Below, one piece after another: positions 56,004 through 64,000 of a DNA stretch of 64,000 nucleotides. Where the stretch lies: positions 279,551-343,550 of the forward strand of contig JAJFLX010000003.1 of the NCBI GenBank assembly GCA_021772465.1, given 5' to 3'. The DNA comes from Chlamydiota bacterium. GTDB taxonomy: Bacteria; Chlamydiota; Chlamydiia; Chlamydiales; JAAKFR01. The position numbers were made by a program, and so were the translations under genes. The notes under the pieces are model-generated. The model was given only the letters and a program-made list of their open reading frames with translations. It searched no databases and was not told the origin of the DNA. The stretch's first letter is position 1; the number at the start of each line of letters is the position of its first letter.

Positions 56004-56654
56004 ATGAAAAAATTTGTGCTCCTTCTAGCCCTCATCTGTTCCCTCTCACTCTCAGCAGAGCCTTACAAGGCAAAAGATTTTTCCTACCTCATCGGCATGC
56101 CAGGATTTACTGAAGATGCGCTGAGAATGCATTTCACTCTCTACCAAGGATATGTAAAATCAACCAATCTGTTCCTCGATATTTTGAAAGGGTACGCCGA
56201 TGATGGGAAAGAACGCACTCCCCAGTATGCCGAGATCAAACGAAGGCTGGGTTGGGAATTTGATGGGATGCGCCTACACGAGCTCTACTTCTCCAACTTA
56301 GGCGGGCTGGGAACCAAAATCAACCCTGCAGGAGCCCTCTACAAGCAGATAGAAAAGGATTTTGGCAGCTACAAGGCTTGGCAGACCGATTTCATGAATA
56401 CAGGCCTTCTTCGAGGAATCGGGTGGGTCGTGCTCTACAATGACCCTGTGCAAGAGCGGTTGATCAACGCTTGGGTGGGTGAGCACGATATTGGAAACCT
56501 TGTAACGAGCAATCCTCTACTTATTATGGATGTTTGGGAGCACGCCTATCTGATCGATTACGGCCTTGATCGAATGGCCTATTTTAAGGCGTTTTTCAAC
56601 AACATCAACTGGGATGTGGTCCAAAAACGTCACTCAGGTAGCCTTGGAAAGTAG
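56004..56654 (+). CDS. Fe/Mn-family superoxide dismutase with N-terminal signal peptide
   Basis: Signal peptide MKKFVLLLALICSLSLSA. All four metal ligands align with E. coli SodB: RMH (His26), RLHELYF (His73), and DVWEHAYLIDY (Asp156/His160). GIGWVVL block. The KHH gateway is replaced by LYQ. Confidence 0.8.
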   Translation: MKKFVLLLALICSLSLSAEPYKAKDFSYLIGMPGFTEDALRMHFTLYQGYVKSTNLFLDILKGYADDGKERTPQYAEIKRRLGWEFDGMRLHELYFSNLGGLGTKINPAGALYKQIEKDFGSYKAWQTDFMNTGLLRGIGWVVLYNDPVQERLINAWVGEHDIGNLVTSNPLLIMDVWEHAYLIDYGLDRMAYFKAFFNNINWDVVQKRHSGSLGK

Positions 56655-57330
56655 ACGAGTAGCGGGATTAGATCTTTTGGTATCGCCGGGCGATCCCGGA
56701 GGGATGCACATCGTTTTGTTGCACGGGTATGGAGCTAGTGCCTCGGATCTCGCCTCATTGAGTGAAAGGTTTGAGTTGACGCCTCGACCCACTTTTGTCT
56801 TTCCCGAGGGTCCCCTTGAAATTGAATTTGCTCCGGGATTTACAGGAAGAGCTTGGTTTCCTATCGATCTAGGGGCCATTGAAGAGGCCTTTCGAGCCAA
56901 AAGGTATGACCTTGTATCAAAGGCTTTTCCCTCTCATATTGAACAGGTTCGTACCCAAGTGCACCATCTGGTTCAAGAGCTCGACATCGCCCCTGGCAAG
57001 GTCGTGCTTGGAGGGTTTAGTCAAGGGGCAATTTTGAGCGTAGAGTGCGCCCTGCATGCACCTGTAAGCTACGGTGCCCTTTTGATCTTCTCTGGCAGCA
57101 TGATTCACGAGGTGAGCTGGAAGCGATTGGCTCCACTTCATCTCTCAACCCATTTTTTTCAAAGCCATGGAAAAAACGATACGATCCTCCCCTATTCTCT
57201 GGCCCAATCACTTGAAAAGGTGCTAGTAGAGGCTGGATTAAAAGGAAGACTCCATAGTTTTGAGGGGGGACATGAAATCCCAGAAAAAATCCTCAAAAGT
57301 GCTGAGGAATTTCTGTGTCGTTTAGTCTGA
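56644..57330 (+). CDS. alpha/beta-hydrolase carboxylesterase/phospholipase family protein
   Basis: HIVLLHGYGASASDL and nucleophile elbow GFSQGA; HGKNDTILP, GGHEI. The ORF track starts at 56566, inside the SOD gene. TTG 56644 or ATG 56704 are likelier starts. Confidence 0.8.
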   Translation: MESRRVAGLDLLVSPGDPGGMHIVLLHGYGASASDLASLSERFELTPRPTFVFPEGPLEIEFAPGFTGRAWFPIDLGAIEEAFRAKRYDLVSKAFPSHIEQVRTQVHHLVQELDIAPGKVVLGGFSQGAILSVECALHAPVSYGALLIFSGSMIHEVSWKRLAPLHLSTHFFQSHGKNDTILPYSLAQSLEKVLVEAGLKGRLHSFEGGHEIPEKILKSAEEFLCRLV

Positions 57331-58009
57331 GAAGAAGGATATCAAGGCAGTTTTTAGGTGAGATGGCGCGTTCTAGGCCTAAACGCGCCTCTACCAATAG
57401 TTTTTCGACATAAGAGAGGGGCAATTTTGTTGTCTTTCTTATCGCTTCCCGATGCTGGGGAAAGCTCAAGTAGATCTCTCCTCCCTCCACATCCAGAAGA
57501 AGGCGGTCTCGATACCAAAGAAGGATCGACTCCAAGATAGCATCTGGGGCCTCTTCTAGGGCTATCTCACCGCGCAAGATATCTAAAACATCAAAAGCTG
57601 ACTCTCTTTTTTTGGAGGGTAGATCGATCCTTTGACATCTCGACGTCACAGTAGGAAGTAATTGCTTAGGGTGAGTGGTCAAAAGCACGAGAATCGTCTG
57701 GGCTGGGGGTTCTTCGAATGTTTTGAGAAGCGCATTCGAACTAGTCGGCAACATCCGTTCAGCGCGGTGAATGAGAAAAAGCTTCCACTTTCCCTCAAAA
57801 GGGTCGAGCCACACCTCTTGAGAGAGCTTTCTAAGATTTTCAATGGGGTGGCGGTCTGATTTTCCTTCCGGGAAATATTCGTGTAAATCGGGATGGCACG
57901 GCCTTCCAAGAAGGCGAAGAGCTAAATGACTTCCTGCCTCTATTAAGGAGGACTCATCATCTGCTACAAAAACCATAGCGTGAGGAAGCTGATCTAGATC
58001 GGGAAACAT
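57293..58009 (-). CDS. holB: DNA polymerase III delta' subunit (compact form)
   Basis: SSNALLKTFEEPP and LPTVTSRCQ (SRC motif). Only 238 aa. Start overlaps the tmk stop (TAATG). Confidence 0.8.
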   Translation of the reverse strand: MFPDLDQLPHAMVFVADDESSLIEAGSHLALRLLGRPCHPDLHEYFPEGKSDRHPIENLRKLSQEVWLDPFEGKWKLFLIHRAERMLPTSSNALLKTFEEPPAQTILVLLTTHPKQLLPTVTSRCQRIDLPSKKRESAFDVLDILRGEIALEEAPDAILESILLWYRDRLLLDVEGGEIYLSFPQHREAIRKTTKLPLSYVEKLLVEARLGLERAISPKNCLDILLLRLNDTEIPQHF

Positions 58010-58668
58010 TATAGTCGAGAGGGTTTGAGTGTAAGGTGGCGCTCAAGCGCGGTGACAGATTGGGCAAAGACCTCGTCTGGCAAAAGAGAAGCATCGATTA
58101 CAACAATACGCTCAGGGTGCTCATCTGCTAAGTGGAGATACCCTTGTCGTACCTCCTGGTGAAACTGCAAGCCCTCCTCTTCCATTCGGTCTGGGGCGCC
58201 AAGCGAGCGTTGACTTCCAACAGATGGATCGATGTCGAGGAAAAATGTGCAGTCAGGTTCACTGAGCCCCTCAGTTGCAAGCTGGCACAACTTTTCTACA
58301 TAATTCTTTCCAAGGTGACGAGCGACTCCTTGGTAGGCGACACTTGAGTCATTGAAGCGATCACAAAGGACTACTTTTCCCGCGTGAAGTGCTGGAAGGA
58401 TGGACTCCTCTACATGTTGAGCACGCGCTGCGAGAAAGAGCAAGAGCTCAGCGCGCTCTCGAATGAGAAAAGGGGTCTTTTTATCGAGGACCATTTCACG
58501 AATCTTTTCAGAAAGAGCTGTTCCACCCGGCTCTCGGGTTTTGATGACATCATACCCCCGAGAAGTGAGCTCAACTGCCAGCCGCTCACAAAGGGTGGAT
58601 TTTCCCGAGCCCTCTCCCCCTTCAAATGTGATGAAAAGCCCCTTATACGGTTTGTTCATCTGTTGCAT
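58009..58668 (-). CDS. tmk: thymidylate kinase
   Basis: FITFEGGEGSGKST P-loop, and the TREPGGT and DRF motifs. Confidence 0.93.
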   Translation of the reverse strand: MQQMNKPYKGLFITFEGGEGSGKSTLCERLAVELTSRGYDVIKTREPGGTALSEKIREMVLDKKTPFLIRERAELLLFLAARAQHVEESILPALHAGKVVLCDRFNDSSVAYQGVARHLGKNYVEKLCQLATEGLSEPDCTFFLDIDPSVGSQRSLGAPDRMEEEGLQFHQEVRQGYLHLADEHPERIVVIDASLLPDEVFAQSVTALERHLTLKPSRL

Positions 58669-61123
58669 CGGATTCTTCCTCCATACACTCTAATTTTTCG
58701 ATTGCAAGGAGCTTATCTCCCTCTTTGAGATTGACCAGCTTCACCCCTTGAGTGGATCTGCCCACAACTCGAAGATCTCGCATACTGATCCGAACCGTTT
58801 GACCTAAAGCTGACATCATGAGTAGACCATCTTGATCTGAAACAGCTACAGCCCCCACCACATTTCCATTTCGCTCACTTGTAATGATCGAGCGAACACC
58901 GACTCCCCCACGATTGGTTTGGCGGTAATCTCCAATTAAAGAGCGCTTTCCAAAACCATTTTCACAAACGACCAGTACACTCTGCTCTTCACTCGACACT
59001 ACCTCACAGCCGACTACGTGATCTTCACTCGACTTCAATGTGACACCTTTCACTCCACGAGCTGTCCTTCCCATGGGGCGCACCTTGCCGTGATCGAAAC
59101 GAACGGCCATGCCAAGGTGGGTGAAAAGCATCACCTGATCGTCTGGCTCTACAAGCCGAGCTGCGATGAGCTCATCGCCCTCATCAATATCTAGAGAGCG
59201 AATACCTTTTTTTCGCACGTTCCCAAACAAGGAGAGGAGCGTCTTCTTTACGATCCCATTTTTCGTAGACATCAATACATAACGCTCTTGTTCAAAATCT
59301 TTGGTTCGCAAAATGGTTGCAATTCGCTCTCCAGGCTCGATGTGCTCTACGAGGTTGATCAGCGCTTTTCCTTTGGCCCTTCTTTCTCCTTCTGGAAGCT
59401 GCCATACTTTAAGCCAGTAACACCGCCCCATATTAGTGAAAATCATGAGGTAGTCGTGGGTCGAGGCGACATAAACGCCTTTAAGAGCATCCGTCTCACG
59501 CTTGATATCAAACCCAGTAACCCCTTGCCCCCCGCGCTTCTGCTCACGGAAGAGATCCATCGACATGCGCTTCACGTAATCGTCTTCTGAAATGGTGATC
59601 ACTACCGCCTCGTCTGCTATCAAATCTTCCATGTTGAAGTCACCTTCAGCTTGAATAATCTGAGTACGCCTTGGAGAGGCGTTCGTGCGCTTGATATCGG
59701 CGAGCTCCTCGCTAATGATGTCTCGAACCATCGACTCGCTGGCTAAAATAGCGCGCAAATGTTCGATTTTTTTCAAAAGCTCCTGGTATTCGTTGTTGAG
59801 TTTGTCTTGCTCAAGCCCAGTCAACTGGTAGAGACGAAGATCGAGCACGGCATTGGCTTGACGCTCAGAAAATTCGAACTTCCCAATGAGCTCGCGGCGT
59901 GCCTCTTCTCGATTTGCAGAGGCTCGGATGATACGCACTACTTCGTCGAGATGATCGATAGCTTTGAGGTACCCTTCGAGGATATGTGCGCGCGCTTCGG
60001 CCTTTCCTAGTTCAAAACGGGTGCGGCGGCGGGTCACTTCCATACGGTGAACAATCCAAGCAGCAATCATCTGCTTGATATTCATTGTACGAGGCAAGCT
60101 CTTGTCCAGCGCCAACATGTTGCAGCCGAAGGTGACTTGCATATCGGTGAATTTGTAGAGCTGATTGATGCACACATCAGGAATTTCACCCCTCTTAAGC
60201 TCTACGACGAGTCTAAGGCCATCTTTGTCCGATTCATCTCTCACATCACTGATAGCAGTCACGACTTTGTTATTCACAAGATCTGCAATCTGTTCGATCA
60301 AACGGGACTTGTTCACATTGTAGGGAATCTCATCGATGATAAGACGAGAGCGGTTGGGACTTCCAGGGTGCTCTTCAGCGCGCACTTTTCCACGAACGAT
60401 TAACTTCCCTCTTCCTGAGTGAAAAGCCTCTGTAATGCCCCGTCTTCCACAGATCACGCCGCCAGTTGGAAAATCAGGGCCAGGCATCACTTGCATGATC
60501 TCATCGATAGTCACGTCTTTGTCACAAAGAACGAGCAGAGTAGCTTCAATAAGCTCGCCTAAGTTGTGCGGAGGAATGTTTGTGGCCATTCCCACCGCAA
60601 TTCCCGACGACCCATTGGCAAGTAAATTAGGGAATTTGGAAGGAAAGACCGTGGGCTCAACTTTGGTCTCATCATAGTTGGGGACCATGTCGACAGTCTC
60701 TTTGTCGAGATCCTCCATCATCTGAAGTGAACTGGCAGTCAGTCTAGCTTCAGTGTAACGCATCGCAGCTGGAGGGTCTCCATCGATCGAACCAAAGTTC
60801 CCCTGACCGTTGACAAGGGTGTAGCGCATCGCCCAGTCTTGAGCCATGCGCACAAGAGTGGGATAGATCACCGACTCACCGTGAGGGTGGTAATCTCCCG
60901 AAGTATCCCCGCAAATCTTTGCACACTTTCTATGCTTTGCACCAGGAGTGAGGTTGAGCTGCCGCATCGCGTAGAGAATTCTTCGCTGAGAGGGCTTAAG
61001 TCCATCACGGACATCGGGTAAGGCCCTCGAGATGATTACTGACATCGAATAGCGGAGATAGCTATCTTTCATCTCATCTTCGAGATTGCGCAGGACAATT
61101 GTTTCGTTTTCTCTAAATGACAT
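58643..61123 (-). CDS. gyrA: DNA gyrase subunit A
   Basis: YHPHGES, AAMRYTEARL (catalytic Tyr), GIAVGMATNIPPHN, and C-terminal beta-pinwheel repeats. Confidence 0.98.
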   Translation of the reverse strand: MSFRENETIVLRNLEDEMKDSYLRYSMSVIISRALPDVRDGLKPSQRRILYAMRQLNLTPGAKHRKCAKICGDTSGDYHPHGESVIYPTLVRMAQDWAMRYTLVNGQGNFGSIDGDPPAAMRYTEARLTASSLQMMEDLDKETVDMVPNYDETKVEPTVFPSKFPNLLANGSSGIAVGMATNIPPHNLGELIEATLLVLCDKDVTIDEIMQVMPGPDFPTGGVICGRRGITEAFHSGRGKLIVRGKVRAEEHPGSPNRSRLIIDEIPYNVNKSRLIEQIADLVNNKVVTAISDVRDESDKDGLRLVVELKRGEIPDVCINQLYKFTDMQVTFGCNMLALDKSLPRTMNIKQMIAAWIVHRMEVTRRRTRFELGKAEARAHILEGYLKAIDHLDEVVRIIRASANREEARRELIGKFEFSERQANAVLDLRLYQLTGLEQDKLNNEYQELLKKIEHLRAILASESMVRDIISEELADIKRTNASPRRTQIIQAEGDFNMEDLIADEAVVITISEDDYVKRMSMDLFREQKRGGQGVTGFDIKRETDALKGVYVASTHDYLMIFTNMGRCYWLKVWQLPEGERRAKGKALINLVEHIEPGERIATILRTKDFEQERYVLMSTKNGIVKKTLLSLFGNVRKKGIRSLDIDEGDELIAARLVEPDDQVMLFTHLGMAVRFDHGKVRPMGRTARGVKGVTLKSSEDHVVGCEVVSSEEQSVLVVCENGFGKRSLIGDYRQTNRGGVGVRSIITSERNGNVVGAVAVSDQDGLLMMSALGQTVRISMRDLRVVGRSTQGVKLVNLKEGDKLLAIEKLECMEEESDATDEQTV

Positions 61124-61133
61124 GTAGTCTGTC

Positions 61134-63970
<2,837 letters not shown>

Positions 63971-64000
63971 TCAGCCATCTAAGTAAATTCTGTTGAGAAC

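Noticed and set aside
57293-58009. holB is only 238 aa. I considered whether it is a truncated pseudogene.
   Set aside because: It aligns along the delta' core (ALLKTFEEPP, SRC motif) and starts with a TAATG coupling to tmk. It has no internal stops. Compact holB genes are usual in reduced genomes.

Overview
This is a gene-dense chromosomal segment (about 45 CDS, almost no non-coding DNA). I assign it to the phylum Chlamydiota, probably an environmental (non-Chlamydiaceae) lineage. Protein motifs identify standard housekeeping genes. Several gene-order blocks match what I recall from Chlamydia trachomatis: kdsB-pyrG-yqgF-zwf-pgl; gcp/tsaD-oppABCDF ... ybhI; holB-tmk-gyrA-gyrB-DUF721; dhnA-xasA; and mgtE with a convergent large membrane-anchored ORF. 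The presence of glk, an aconitase, opcA and extra redox genes points outside the reduced pathogenic genomes. I saw no rRNA, tRNA, CRISPR array, transposase or integrase. The conserved blocks are interrupted by four lineage-specific inserts. (i) nt 22-3916: an Inc-like protein plus a TPR protein. (ii) nt 10005-10796: an IncA-like bilobed-hydrophobic/coiled-coil protein. (iii) nt 15867-20983: an orphan ParA plus small RHH-like partition-type pair, divergent from a 1,244-aa orphan protein. (iv) nt 39749-51385: a single 3,878-aa ORF whose only recognisable part is an internal P-loop/SF2-like ATPase core resembling the eukaryote-type DUF3638/DUF3645 module. Insert (iv) is the most interesting object in the window and my best candidate for an undescribed system (a giant host-directed effector or NTPase). 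Other points: a 167-bp MITE-like palindromic element with perfect 28-bp terminal inverted repeats sits between oppA and oppB; 7 of 8 convergent gene junctions overlap at their 3' ends; and two near-consensus promoters are placed for leaderless mRNAs. All functional calls come from motif recognition by eye; no database search was run.
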